This document shows positions 17,370 through 26,603 of a stretch of DNA of 64,000 nucleotides, one piece after another. The stretch is taken from contig JBICID010000101.1 of NCBI GenBank assembly GCA_043101615.1, positions 16,206-80,205 on the forward strand, in the 5' to 3' direction. The stretch comes from Phycisphaerales bacterium JB040. GTDB lineage: Bacteria; Planctomycetota; Phycisphaerae; Phycisphaerales; UBA1924. Position numbers and translations under genes: made by a program. The notes beneath the pieces are model-generated. The model had not been told where the DNA came from, did no database searches, and worked only from the letters and a program-made list of their open reading frames with translations. Within the stretch, counting starts at the first letter, position 1, and the number at the start of each line of letters is the position of its first letter.

Positions 17370-17389
17370 CCCATTGCTTACGCAATGGG
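17370..17389 (-). repeat. intercistronic hairpin cccattgc-(gtaa on the minus strand)-gcaatggg
   Basis: An 8-bp perfect stem. The tetraloop reads GTAA (GNRA) on the transcribed minus strand. It lies between the CBS stop (17412) and the gamma-lyase start, and is followed by gggctagt, which also occurs in the 12989 and 16110 repeats. Confidence 0.7.
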
Positions 17390-17411
17390 CTAGTTCTTCA
17401 ACGCGGCCGGA

Positions 17412-18782
17412 TCAGGCCTTCTGCTTGGCCATGTGCTCGATGAGGTCGATCTCGGTGAGGACGCCGATGACCTGGCCGTTGTCGACCACGATCGCGGCCT
17501 CGTCGGCTCCGAAGACGCCGAAGAGTTCCTCGGCCTGGGCCTTGGGGTGGACCTGGCCCATGAGCTGGGTCTCGATGTCTTTGACGGGTGACTGGCCGGT
17601 GACCCGGCCGTCGGAGAGGCCTCGGAGCAGGTCGATCTCGTGGACCATGCCGAGCGGCTTGCCGTTGGGGTCGACGATGGGGACCTGGGAGACGCCGGCG
17701 GCCCGCATGCGCCGGACGACGTCGGCGACGGATTCGTTCTCGGTGGCGGTGATGACGGTGCGGCCCGGGTCGAGCAGGTCCTCGATGAGTCCGAGCCCGC
17801 GCCGGGGCTCGAGGAAGCCGTGCATCTTCATCCAGGCGTCGTCGAGGTACTTGGTGAGGTAGCGGGAGGCGTTGTCGGGCAGGACGACGACGACCTTTTT
17901 GCCGGGGCCCATCTCCCTGGCGATCCTGACGGCGATGTGTGCCATGCCGCCCGACGAGCCGCCGCAGAAGAGGCCTTCTTCGCGGGTGAGGCGGCGTGCC
18001 ATGGTGAAGCACTCGTAGTCGTTGACCTGGTACATCTCGTCGAGGTACTGGGGGAGGAAGGCCTCGCACCTGATGTCCTCGCCGAGGCCCTCGACCTTGT
18101 AGACGTAGGGGGTGGGGAGCTCGCCGGTCTTGAACAGGTGGTAGTGCACGGAGCCGAGGGGGTCGACGCCGATGATCTGGCAGGGCGAGTTCTTCTCCTT
18201 GAAGAACTGTCCGATGCCGGACGCGGTGCCGCCGGTGCCGGTGCCGACGACGATGGCGTCGATCTGCCCTCCGTCGGTCTGGTCCCAGATCTCCTGGCCT
18301 GTGGAGAGCTTGTGTGCCTCGACGTTCCACTGTGAGTGGTACTGGTCCATGTAGAAGGAGCCGGGGGTGTCGGCGGCGATCTTCTTGGCGCGGTTGACGT
18401 AGTGGTCGGGGGAGTCGCCGGGCACGTCGGTGGGGGTGATGATGACCTCGGCGCCGAAGGCGCGCAGGCCGTCGATCTTCTCCTGGCTCATCTTGTCGGG
18501 CATGGTGAAGACGCAGCGGTAGCCCTTGGCGGCGGCGACCATGGCGGCGCCCATGCCGGTGTTGCCGGAGGTGTTCTCGACGATGGTGCCGCCGGGCTTG
18601 AGCAGCCCCTCCTCCTCGGCGCGTTTGATGATGTGGGCGGCCATGCGGTCCTTGATGGAGCCGGCTGGGTTCATGAACTCGCACTTGGCGTAGACGTCGG
18701 CGGAGTTGGGCTCGACGACGCGCCGCAGCCTCACCAGCGGGGTGTTGCCGATGGCGTCGATGATGGTGTCGTAGGTCTGCAT
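17412..18782 (-). CDS. cystathionine beta-synthase (PLP domain plus a C-terminal CBS-domain pair)
   Basis: MQTYDTIIDAIGNTPLV...PAGSIKDR...SGNTG. The C-terminal pair of CBS motifs is (VITATENESVADVV...VPIVD, VVDNGQVIGVLTEIDL). GAGGGAG lies upstream of the ATG at 18780-18782. The 1089-aa ORF-track entry is an artefactual upstream extension. Confidence 0.92.
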   Translation of the reverse strand: MQTYDTIIDAIGNTPLVRLRRVVEPNSADVYAKCEFMNPAGSIKDRMAAHIIKRAEEEGLLKPGGTIVENTSGNTGMGAAMVAAAKGYRCVFTMPDKMSQEKIDGLRAFGAEVIITPTDVPGDSPDHYVNRAKKIAADTPGSFYMDQYHSQWNVEAHKLSTGQEIWDQTDGGQIDAIVVGTGTGGTASGIGQFFKEKNSPCQIIGVDPLGSVHYHLFKTGELPTPYVYKVEGLGEDIRCEAFLPQYLDEMYQVNDYECFTMARRLTREEGLFCGGSSGGMAHIAVRIAREMGPGKKVVVVLPDNASRYLTKYLDDAWMKMHGFLEPRRGLGLIEDLLDPGRTVITATENESVADVVRRMRAAGVSQVPIVDPNGKPLGMVHEIDLLRGLSDGRVTGQSPVKDIETQLMGQVHPKAQAEELFGVFGADEAAIVVDNGQVIGVLTEIDLIEHMAKQKA

Positions 18783-19020
18783 GGGGCTCCCTCGGAAGTC
18801 CCGGCAAGCCCGCGAAAATCGGGGTCCGGGACGGGGAGGATAGCGGGGCGTGGGCGGAAAAACCGCGAACCGGACCGGGCCCGGGGCGTATCTGAGGGCG
18901 AGCGCGGGCGATCGCCCGCGTCCACCAACCGATCGAACTTTGACCGGCCTGAGCGAGCCCGGGAGCGTCCCCGGTGCCGCTGCCGGTCTGCGCTCGTTCT
19001 CGGGGTAGACGGGGCGAAGC

Positions 19021-19866
19021 ATGTGCGGGTGCGGATTCGAGATGTCGCTGGGGGACACCGTGGTGCTGCTCGGGCTGCAGTGGGGGCTGGGCGTGCCGGT
19101 CTTCGGGTTCCGGCGACGGCGCGAGCGTGTCCGCGGGGGCCCGGACCGGAGCGACCACGCGTGCGCGGGGTGCGGGTACAGCCTCGAGGGGCTCGACGAG
19201 CGGGCCCGGTGCCCGGAGTGCGGGCGGGACGACGCGCGCCTGAGGTTCCGGCAGGAGCGGGTGGCGGTGCGTTGGAGCCCGTGCGTGCGGACGCTGCTCG
19301 CCGGGACGGCGCTCGGGAGCGCGGTCGTCGCGTCGTGCGTGATGCGGATGGAGCTGATCCGGGGCGCGGCCGAGCGCGTGTACGGCTTCCCGCTGCTCGA
19401 CCGCTTCTTCCGTGAGGACTTCAACTGGGGGTACCTGCTGATGCTGCTGGTGTGGCCGCTCGCGCTGGTGATCGGGCGGGCGCACCGGGCGCCGCTCGTC
19501 GGCTCGCTGCTGTGCTCGGCGGCCCTGTTCGGGGCGGTGTGCGTGCAGACGTGGAGCGCGGGCGTGTTCACGCCCGGGGCGGAGCTGAAGTTCTGGGCGA
19601 ACGTGTCGGGCCTGCTGGGCGTGTGCGCCGCGTTGGTGCTGTCGGTGCTGATCGCCGAGGGCGCTGCACGGCGTAGGATGCCGCACCAAACGGAAGCGAG
19701 CGAGACCCCCCCATGCGCATCCTCCTCACCAACGACGACGGCATCGACGCGCCCGGCATCCGGGCCCTGCACGCGGCGCTCACGGCGAGCGACCCCGCCT
19801 CGCGCGACGCGTTCGGCGGGCCGATCGGCGGGCCCGAGACCGAGGTCTTCACCGTGGCCCCGATGA
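19021..19866 (+). CDS. hypothetical zinc-ribbon membrane protein
   Basis: CAGCGYSLEGLDERARCPECG zinc ribbon followed by 3-4 hydrophobic helices. Third-position G+C is very high. The last roughly 50 codons overlap surE in another frame and are Pro/Ser/Arg-rich. Confidence 0.6.
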   Translation: MCGCGFEMSLGDTVVLLGLQWGLGVPVFGFRRRRERVRGGPDRSDHACAGCGYSLEGLDERARCPECGRDDARLRFRQERVAVRWSPCVRTLLAGTALGSAVVASCVMRMELIRGAAERVYGFPLLDRFFREDFNWGYLLMLLVWPLALVIGRAHRAPLVGSLLCSAALFGAVCVQTWSAGVFTPGAELKFWANVSGLLGVCAALVLSVLIAEGAARRRMPHQTEASETPPCASSSPTTTASTRPASGPCTRRSRRATPPRATRSAGRSAGPRPRSSPWPR

Positions 19867-20735
19867 CGGTGCAGAGCGCCACCAGCCACGGCGTGACGTT
19901 CCACCAGCCGCTGATGACCCGCCCGGCCACGATCAACGGGCGTGCGGGCGTCGCGGTGGACGGGCGCCCGGCGGACTGCATGAAGCTGGCGCTCTCGACG
20001 CTGTGGCCGGAGCGGTTCGGCGAGGGCGAACGCCCGGACCTGGTCGTGAGCGGGATGAACGCGGGTGCGAACGCGGGGATCAACATCATTTATTCGGGCA
20101 CGGTGGCGGCGGCGATCGAGGCGGCGTTCCTGGGCGTGCCCGCGGTGGCAGTCAGCCTGCACCTGGGGCGGGGCAACCCGGACTTCGGGGCGGGGGCGCG
20201 TCACGCGCGTCGTGCGATCGAGCGTGTGATCGCCGCGGACGGCAAGGGCCCGGGCGAGGTGGGGCTGGACCCGCACGAGGTGATCAACATCAACGTGCCT
20301 CGTTGCGAGGCGCCGGCGCCCGAGGTGCCCGAGACCGAGGAGGAGCGTGTGAGCCGCCTGGTGAGGGCAGGTCTGCCGTCGCAGGCGCCGTCCCGGGGCG
20401 ACCCGACGAACGCCTCGGGCTTCTTCCCGGACCCGCTGCTGGCCGGCCCGGACGCCGACCAGCCGCACGACCCGGAGGCGGAGCTGCCCGTGGTGGTCTG
20501 CCCGATGAACTGCCACGGTCACGCCGACCAGTACGAGCGCCGCTCGACACCCAGCGGGCAGTCGTACTACTGGGCCGCGGCGGGCGGGTTCGACTTCCAC
20601 GAGATCGACGCGGGGTCGGACGTGGAGCTGCTGTTCAAGCGTTGCATCACGGTGACGCCGCTGCGGTACGACCTGACGCACGCCGAGCGTGCGGTGGTGT
20701 GGGCCCAGCGCCTGGGCGAGATGAGCGCGTCATGA
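19713..20735 (+). CDS. surE: 5'/3'-nucleotidase SurE (with a low-complexity insertion)
   Basis: Canonical N-terminus MRILLTNDDGIDAPGI, then GMNAGANAG and IYSGTVAAA. At 340 aa it is longer than the roughly 250 aa I recall as typical, because of an acidic/Pro-rich insert (EAPAPEVPETEEERVS...). Confidence 0.9.
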   Translation: MRILLTNDDGIDAPGIRALHAALTASDPASRDAFGGPIGGPETEVFTVAPMTVQSATSHGVTFHQPLMTRPATINGRAGVAVDGRPADCMKLALSTLWPERFGEGERPDLVVSGMNAGANAGINIIYSGTVAAAIEAAFLGVPAVAVSLHLGRGNPDFGAGARHARRAIERVIAADGKGPGEVGLDPHEVININVPRCEAPAPEVPETEEERVSRLVRAGLPSQAPSRGDPTNASGFFPDPLLAGPDADQPHDPEAELPVVVCPMNCHGHADQYERRSTPSGQSYYWAAAGGFDFHEIDAGSDVELLFKRCITVTPLRYDLTHAERAVVWAQRLGEMSAS

Positions 20736-22051
20736 GTGTGGGCCGGGGTGCGTGGCCGGGGTGGTGGGTGCTGGGGTGGCTGTGCGCGGGGGCGTCGGCC
20801 CAGCCGGGGGGGTGCGACGAGACGGTGGATTGCGACCCGCCGGATGCGAGCGGGGCGTACGTGCTCAACGAGCCGGGCCCGCTGGGGTACACCTCCGACC
20901 TGGCGGGCTTCACGCCGGACCGTCGCCCGATCGCGGTGATCTCGCCGTTCAACGGGTCGCGCTCGCCCGAGGACGGTCTGGGCTTTGTGCCGGCGTTCGT
21001 GGACTGCCCCGGGGCGGAGGCGTGGCTGCTGGGCGAGCTCGAGCGTGCGTGGGGGGCCGGGTTCCGGCGGTTCATCCTGAACCGTCCGGGCGGGCTGCCG
21101 GCGAGCAACGGGCACGTGGCGCAGCAGCAGTTCCAGCACCTGGAGCGGTGGCGCAAGGCGGTGTACGCGGACGCGGTCGGGGGCTGGTTCTCCGAGAAGC
21201 TCGCGGAGGACCCGGACGCCGAGCTGGGCGTGTTCATCGGGTCCACGCAGAACAACGCGTGCGACCCGTGCCACACGCCGCGTGCCGGGGTGGAGCGTGG
21301 CGAGTTGCTGTACGACTGTACCGGGACCGACTCGACCCTGACGCGCAACATGAGCGCCGCGGAGCGGGCCAGCGCCGAGCTGACGTACCAGAACACGCGC
21401 CCGTGGATCGAGGCGGGCTACAACGCCTTCTGGTTCGACGCGACCTCGCGGACCGAGGTGGTCGATGCGCACGGGTTCTCGGAGCCGGACACCATCCTCG
21501 CGATGGCGGACAACCCCGACTACGCGGGGGTCAAGATCGCGGGCGAGGCGGTGCCGGTGGCGCGCGGGCGTCCGATCGAGCGGTACACGCGCGGGGCGGC
21601 GTGGATCGGGCTGCACCGGTTCTTCGAGAACTCGCGTCTGAACGCGGCCACGCTCGACCCGGGCACGACCGAGGTGGTCTGCGCGTTCCAGGGCCCGGAG
21701 GGGGGGCGCGGGTACCCGGCGTACGACCTGGCGTTGGTCGCCCGGTACCGGGACCGGGGGTTTGTGCTGGCGTCCTGGCGGTCGGACTCGTACCCGCACC
21801 TGCGCCGCGTGCTGGACGTGCTGGACGGGACGCTCTCGCCCCGGGAGCTCGCCGACTTCGACGCCGACGGGACGCCCGACTGCGACGACTGGGACCTGTT
21901 CCACGCCCGGTGGCGGCTCCACCGGGGGGAGACCGACACCGACCCGGCGGTCTGGGACGGCGACGCGGACGACGACGGTGACGTCGACGACGACGACCGG
22001 GCCCACTTCGTGCGGAACTGGCGCAGGCTGGGGCTGGAGCCCTGCGGCTGA
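20732..22051 (+). CDS. hypothetical secreted protein with a degenerate double EF-hand (dockerin-like) C-terminus
   Basis: The start ATG overlaps the surE stop (ATGA at 20732-20735). The signal-like N-terminus is MSVGRGAWPGWWVLGWLCAGASAQ. The C-terminus has DFDADGTPDCDD and DADDDGDVDDDD loops and ends in ...EPCG. Confidence 0.7.
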   Translation: MSVGRGAWPGWWVLGWLCAGASAQPGGCDETVDCDPPDASGAYVLNEPGPLGYTSDLAGFTPDRRPIAVISPFNGSRSPEDGLGFVPAFVDCPGAEAWLLGELERAWGAGFRRFILNRPGGLPASNGHVAQQQFQHLERWRKAVYADAVGGWFSEKLAEDPDAELGVFIGSTQNNACDPCHTPRAGVERGELLYDCTGTDSTLTRNMSAAERASAELTYQNTRPWIEAGYNAFWFDATSRTEVVDAHGFSEPDTILAMADNPDYAGVKIAGEAVPVARGRPIERYTRGAAWIGLHRFFENSRLNAATLDPGTTEVVCAFQGPEGGRGYPAYDLALVARYRDRGFVLASWRSDSYPHLRRVLDVLDGTLSPRELADFDADGTPDCDDWDLFHARWRLHRGETDTDPAVWDGDADDDGDVDDDDRAHFVRNWRRLGLEPCG

Positions 22052-22105
22052 CGGTGCGGGCGGGGGTGGCCCGCCGGTAGACTGCGCCCAGCCGGGAGGT
22101 GACCC

Positions 22106-22642
22106 ATGGGCGGCAAGCAGTCGGTCCCCGCGACGAAGTTCGACCCGAAGCTCTTCGCGCGACAGGTGCAGCGGGTCAGGAACGATCAGAAGAAGAACTT
22201 CTACGACTGGATCGACCGGGAGTGCGCGTCGCTCGAGAAGTCGCTGGAGCCGTTCGCCAAGGGGAAGGTGAAGCCGGACAGGGCGCCCGCGGAGATCAAG
22301 AAGCTGGTCAGGGCGCAGAAGAAGGGGCTGGACAAGCTCGAGAAGGCCGCGCGCGACAAGGCGAACTACCCGGAGGCGTTGCGCACGCTGCTCGAGACCG
22401 CGCCGGACGACCTGGACGACAAGACGAAGCTGGTCGTCACCAAGCTCGCCGAGACCGGCGCGGGGCAGACCGAGGACGAGCGTCGCGAGCGGGAGAAGCA
22501 GCTCAAGACCACGCTGGAGCACATCGCGCGCAACCGCGGGCAGATGGAGAAGGTCTACGGCTCCGAGGTGGCCGAGCCCGTCACGGTGCTGACGCTTGCG
22601 CTTGCGCTGTTGCTGGACTATGTGAGCCGGAAGAAGAGGTAG
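22106..22642 (+). CDS. hypothetical charged/coiled-coil protein with a C-terminal hydrophobic anchor
   Basis: GGGAGGTGACCC precedes the ATG. 178 aa, Lys/Glu-rich, ending in VTVLTLALALLLDYVSRKKR. No family recognised. Confidence 0.65.
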   Translation: MGGKQSVPATKFDPKLFARQVQRVRNDQKKNFYDWIDRECASLEKSLEPFAKGKVKPDRAPAEIKKLVRAQKKGLDKLEKAARDKANYPEALRTLLETAPDDLDDKTKLVVTKLAETGAGQTEDERREREKQLKTTLEHIARNRGQMEKVYGSEVAEPVTVLTLALALLLDYVSRKKR

Positions 22643-22669
22643 GGGTGTTTCTTCGGTTGCCCCGGAGGT

Positions 22670-22690
22670 CTCCCTCGGCTTGCGCCGAGG
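22670..22690. repeat. REP-like hairpin, inverted copy of 6132..6152
   Basis: ctccctcggcttgcgccgagg is the exact reverse complement of the 21-mer at 6132..6152. It lies between convergent genes. Confidence 0.8.
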
Positions 22691-22857
22691 GCTCGCTCCG
22701 TGGTGGGCGCACTCGCCTGATGCGCAGAGTAGAGGAGGGCGCAAAGTGAACGGCTGCTGATTGCTCGGCAGCCGCTCGGAGGGAGAGAGAGAGATTCGGA
22801 TGCGGGGCGGGCGATGGCGCGTCGCCCCGCGTGGTGTGTCTGGTGCGTCCCGTCGTG

Positions 22858-23736
22858 TCAGAGGGTGGAGTCGATGGACTCGAAGACCTCGGGCAGCGCG
22901 GCCCGGATGGAGTCGATCTGCTCCTGGCTGATGTTGAGCTGCTGGCGGACCTCCTGCGAGATCTCGAGGCTGGGCAGGTCGAGGCGGAAGCCGCCGCACT
23001 CGGCCGCGAGGCGGTCGGCGATGTAGACGATCGCGCACAGGGTCTTGTTGTCGCTTGCGACGGCGGAGGGGTCGTGGTGGTGGCCGGTGACGGTGATGAA
23101 CGGGGCGGGGAACTTCCACTTCTCGCACAGGGCCTTGCCGAAGTCCTGGTGTGTCGCGCCGAAGACGCGCTCCTCGGCCTCGAGCAGGCCCACCGCGGGC
23201 ACGCCGTCCTCGTCGGCCCCGCACAGCTCGATCGTCTCGATGAGCTTGTTGCGGTCGTACTGCATCTCGACCATGAGGCCGATGTCGTGGATCAGTCCGG
23301 CGAGGTAGGCCTCGTCGCCCAGGCCGAGCTTGAGCTTGTCGGCGATGATCTTGCAGGCCATCGCGACTTGGTTGGAGTGCGTCCACAGGTCCTTGGCGCT
23401 GAAGGTGCTGGTCAGCTCGCCGCCGCGGAACAGCTTGGCGAGGCTGGCTGCGATGGCGATGTTCTTCACGGCGTTGAGGCCGAGCATGACGATCGCCCGG
23501 TTGATCGAGGCGATCTGCCCGGGCAGGCCGTAGAAGGACGAGTTGACGACCTTCAGGATGCGTGAGCACAGGGCCGGATCGTTGCTGATCACCGCGTGCA
23601 GGTCCTGGGCGGTCGAGGAGGGGTCCTCGACGAGGTCGATGATCTTGAGGGTGATCTCGGGGAGCGTCGCGATGTGGCTGATCTCGCGGATGGCGCTCTG
23701 GACGATCTGCTCGCGCTGCTCGGTGGAAATGGCCAT
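22858..23736 (-). CDS. HDOD domain signalling protein
   Basis: LPEITLKIIDLVEDPSSTAQDLHAVISNDPALCSRILKVVNSSFYGLPGQIASINRAIVMLGLNAVKNIA is the typical HDOD N-terminal region, followed by an HD-like GLIHDIG. Confidence 0.88.
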   Translation of the reverse strand: MAISTEQREQIVQSAIREISHIATLPEITLKIIDLVEDPSSTAQDLHAVISNDPALCSRILKVVNSSFYGLPGQIASINRAIVMLGLNAVKNIAIAASLAKLFRGGELTSTFSAKDLWTHSNQVAMACKIIADKLKLGLGDEAYLAGLIHDIGLMVEMQYDRNKLIETIELCGADEDGVPAVGLLEAEERVFGATHQDFGKALCEKWKFPAPFITVTGHHHDPSAVASDNKTLCAIVYIADRLAAECGGFRLDLPSLEISQEVRQQLNISQEQIDSIRAALPEVFESIDSTL

Positions 23737-24040
23737 GCCGGTCTCCTTGAGGGTGTCGCGACCAGCATCGACCGCTGACCCTGCCGACTTTTCCGAACCG
23801 TCCGTTTTTTCCGAGTCCCATCACATCGGGGCGCGCCGCGGGCCCCCGGACACCCATAACGGTGGGGACGTAGCGTCGCAGGCTGCCCGGATGGGGTGTC
23901 TTTGGTGCCCGCCTTCGACCCGGAGGGCGAAGGCGGAAGCGAGCGGAGTAGGTTCGGGCGTGCTTTGCCCTGCGGGTCAAAGCACGGCACCGCAACCTGT
24001 GGCGATCCGTGGAGAAGGCCGCGCCGTCTCCACGCCACCC

Positions 24041-25255
24041 TTAATACGCGCAACGCTTCCGCAGCCGGCGCTCGTCGTGCGGGTCGTGCGTGGCGAGAGC
24101 CTCGGCGATGCGGACGCCCGCCAGCCCGTCGCCGAAGGGGTGGCTCGCGCCGCCCTCGTCGGACGTGTCGCACTGGGCCGCGCGGTCGAGGGCCCCGCGG
24201 ATCGCCTCGGCGTCCTCCGCCGCCCAGAAGGTCAGGCCCTCGGCCCGCTCGCGACCCGCCTGGCGCTGCCCGATGTCCACGGTGGGGCACCCGAGGGCCG
24301 CGGCCTCGATCAGGCCCGAGGACGAGTTGCCGACCAGCACCCCCCCCCGGGAGTCTGGCTTGTCGTCCGCGTGCTGCTCGGCCAGGCGCTTCAGCACGCC
24401 GACGAACTCGTCGCGCGTCAGGTGGCGTTCCAGGTGGACCGCGTCGCCAGCGTTGACCAGCGCCCGCAGCACGCCCTCGCGCCCGGGGTCGAAGTTCGGG
24501 TGCAGCGCCAGCACGCGTCGGCCTTCCAGGGCCTCCAGCACCAGGCTGGTCGCGTGCTCCTCGGCCTCGTCGGTGCGCCCGATCGGGTGCATCAGCAGCA
24601 CGGCGTCCGGGGCGCCCAGCTCGGCCCATCGCTTGTCGCCGATCGGGCGGACCGAGGCGAGCCCGTCGAGCGCCGGCGAGCCGACCACGACCACGTCCTG
24701 CGGGCGCTCGCCCATCTTGCGGATGCGCTCGCCGGAGGTCACGGTCGCCGCGAGGTGCAGGTGGGCGAGCTTGGTGATCGCGTGTCGCATCGACTCGTCG
24801 GCGACGCCCTCGGCCCGGTCCCCGCCGTGGATGTGGGCCAGGGCCAGCCCGCCCAGGCTCGCGGCGGTCGCGGCCGCGTACGCCTCGACCCGGTCCCCCA
24901 GCACCACCACCCACTCGGGCGCGTGTGCCCGGAACGAGCGTCCGAAGCGCGAGATCCCCTTGCCGACCGCTTCCACGTCGGCCCAGCGTCCGACCTTCCC
25001 GGCGACCTGCATCGGGACCGAGTCCGCGACGTCGAAGTCCCGCTTCACGTCGTAGAAGGTCAGCCCGGGCTGGATGAGGTGCGAGCCCGAGGCGATCACG
25101 AGCAGTTCCAGGTCGCGGCGTGTCTGGATCGCGTGCATCACGGGGCGCAGCAGCCCGTAGTCGGCGCGCGAGCCGGTCACCACCGCCACGCGGCGCGGGC
25201 GGTCGGCCTCCGCGGTCCCGCTGCGTTCGTCGCCCGCCCAGTCCGGTCCGATCAT
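24041..25255 (-). CDS. neuC: UDP-N-acetylglucosamine 2-epimerase (hydrolysing), NeuC-like
   Basis: VAVVTGSRADYGLLRPV...HIHGGDRAEGVADESMRHAITKLAHLH...GNSSSGLIEAA, the NeuC/hydrolysing-epimerase blocks. Confidence 0.85.
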   Translation of the reverse strand: MIGPDWAGDERSGTAEADRPRRVAVVTGSRADYGLLRPVMHAIQTRRDLELLVIASGSHLIQPGLTFYDVKRDFDVADSVPMQVAGKVGRWADVEAVGKGISRFGRSFRAHAPEWVVVLGDRVEAYAAATAASLGGLALAHIHGGDRAEGVADESMRHAITKLAHLHLAATVTSGERIRKMGERPQDVVVVGSPALDGLASVRPIGDKRWAELGAPDAVLLMHPIGRTDEAEEHATSLVLEALEGRRVLALHPNFDPGREGVLRALVNAGDAVHLERHLTRDEFVGVLKRLAEQHADDKPDSRGGVLVGNSSSGLIEAAALGCPTVDIGQRQAGRERAEGLTFWAAEDAEAIRGALDRAAQCDTSDEGGASHPFGDGLAGVRIAEALATHDPHDERRLRKRCAY

Positions 25256-25331
25256 GCGCTGCCTCGCGTTCCGTCGGGGGGCGGTGGGGGCGTGCCATGC
25301 CGCCCTCGCCCCGGGCCACTACGCTTGCCCG

Positions 25332-26603
25332 ATGCCTCCCGGAGCATACACCCCGCCCGTCCGAACCACTCGTCGCGATCCCGAGCGACCGGTGCGAGTC
25401 CTCGTGCTGGGTTCGACGGGCTCCATCGGGACGCAGACGCTCGACGTGATCGACCATCTCAACGCCCTCGCGGAACGCGGCGAGACGGCGCAACGCTTTG
25501 CCGTCGTGGGCCTTGCGGGCGGCAACAGCTCGGACCTGCTCGACGCGCAGGCGCACACGCACGGGGTCTCGCGCGTGGTGCGGGCGTCCGACGACGAGCC
25601 GGGCCGCCCCGGCTCTGGCGCCGAGCGACTGGTGCGCGAGCTGGGCGAGGACGACGCGCTCCGCCCGGACATCGTCGTGGCCTCGATCGTGGGGGCCGCG
25701 GGCATCCGGTCCACGCTGGCCGCGGCGGGGCTGGGGCTGGACCTGGCGCTGGCGAACAAGGAGTCGCTGGTCGCGGCGGGGGAGCTGGTGGTGAGCGCCT
25801 GTCGCGCGTCCGGGGCGAGGCTGCTGCCGGTCGATTCCGAGCACGCGGCGCTGTGGCACGCGTCGATGTCGTTCGCCGGCCCGGGCTACGCCCCGCCCGC
25901 GCCGCTGCCGGCGGGCGTGCGCCGACTCGTTCTCACCGCCTCGGGCGGCCCGTTCCGCGACGCGGACGAGTGGCCCGCGGACCGGCTCGCGAGCGTCACG
26001 CCCGAGCAGGCGCTCGCCCACCCCACCTGGGACATGGGCCCCAAGGTCACCATCGACTGCGCCAGCCTCACCAACAAGGCGCTGGAGCTGATCGAGGCCC
26101 ACTGGCTGTACGGCGTCGGCGAGGACCGGCTCGACGTGCTGGTGCACCCGCAGTCCACGGTGCACTCGATGGTCGAGGGGGCCGACGGGTCGTTCGTGGC
26201 CCAGCTCGGCCCGACGGACATGCGGGCCCCGATCCAGCAGGCGCTGACCTTCCCGGAGCGCGTCGAGCCCGCGTGCGGTCGGATGGCGCTGGGCGCGCTC
26301 ACCCGCCTGGACTTCCACGCGCCGGACGAGTCGCGCTTCGGGGCGATCGGGCTGGCGCGGCGTGTGATGCGGCTCGGGGGCAGCGCGGGGGCCGTCTTCA
26401 ACGGGGCCAACGAGGAGGCGGTCAGGGCCTTCCTCGACGGACGCCTGGCGTTCGACCGCATCACCGCGCTCGCGGCGGAGGCGATCGACGAGCTGGGCGC
26501 GAGCGAGCTTCGCACCCTGGGGGACGTGTGGGAGGCGGACCGCGCGGCCCGCGAGTTCGTGCGGGCGCGTCTCGCCCCGTCCGGCGCGGGGCGTGCCCCA
26601 TGA
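25332..26603 (+). CDS. dxr: 1-deoxy-D-xylulose-5-phosphate reductoisomerase
   Basis: VLVLGSTGSIGTQTLDV, LANKESLV and PVDSEHAALW. I set the start at MPPGAY (25332). The ORF-track start 25254 adds an implausible extension. Confidence 0.93.
   Translation: MPPGAYTPPVRTTRRDPERPVRVLVLGSTGSIGTQTLDVIDHLNALAERGETAQRFAVVGLAGGNSSDLLDAQAHTHGVSRVVRASDDEPGRPGSGAERLVRELGEDDALRPDIVVASIVGAAGIRSTLAAAGLGLDLALANKESLVAAGELVVSACRASGARLLPVDSEHAALWHASMSFAGPGYAPPAPLPAGVRRLVLTASGGPFRDADEWPADRLASVTPEQALAHPTWDMGPKVTIDCASLTNKALELIEAHWLYGVGEDRLDVLVHPQSTVHSMVEGADGSFVAQLGPTDMRAPIQQALTFPERVEPACGRMALGALTRLDFHAPDESRFGAIGLARRVMRLGGSAGAVFNGANEEAVRAFLDGRLAFDRITALAAEAIDELGASELRTLGDVWEADRAAREFVRARLAPSGAGRAP

Noticed and set aside
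17412-20681. The 1089-aa ORF that would extend CBS upstream by more than 600 aa. Analogous N-terminal extensions occur at 6647..8254, 48137..51871, 47736..48608 and 28463..30904.
   Set aside because: The canonical N-termini, each with an SD-like site, occur at internal ATGs. The extensions overlap other real genes or are compositionally aberrant.
24340-24348. A C9 (G9 on the coding strand) homopolymer inside the neuC-like gene, and a C11 run at 28405-28415 between convergent genes, considered as phase-variation tracts.
   Set aside because: At this base composition, runs of this length are expected by chance several times in 64 kb by my rough estimate. The neuC frame is intact and the C11 run is not in a promoter or CDS. 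Variability would need population data.
23543-26599. The N-terminal ~1000 aa of the 1616-aa plus-strand ORF 23543..28393.
   Set aside because: Only the last 597 codons (26600..28393) form a recognisable TPR-GT41 protein with a sensible start overlapping the dxr stop. The upstream part is antisense to the HDOD and neuC-like genes and out of frame with dxr, and it is Arg/Gly/Pro-rich.
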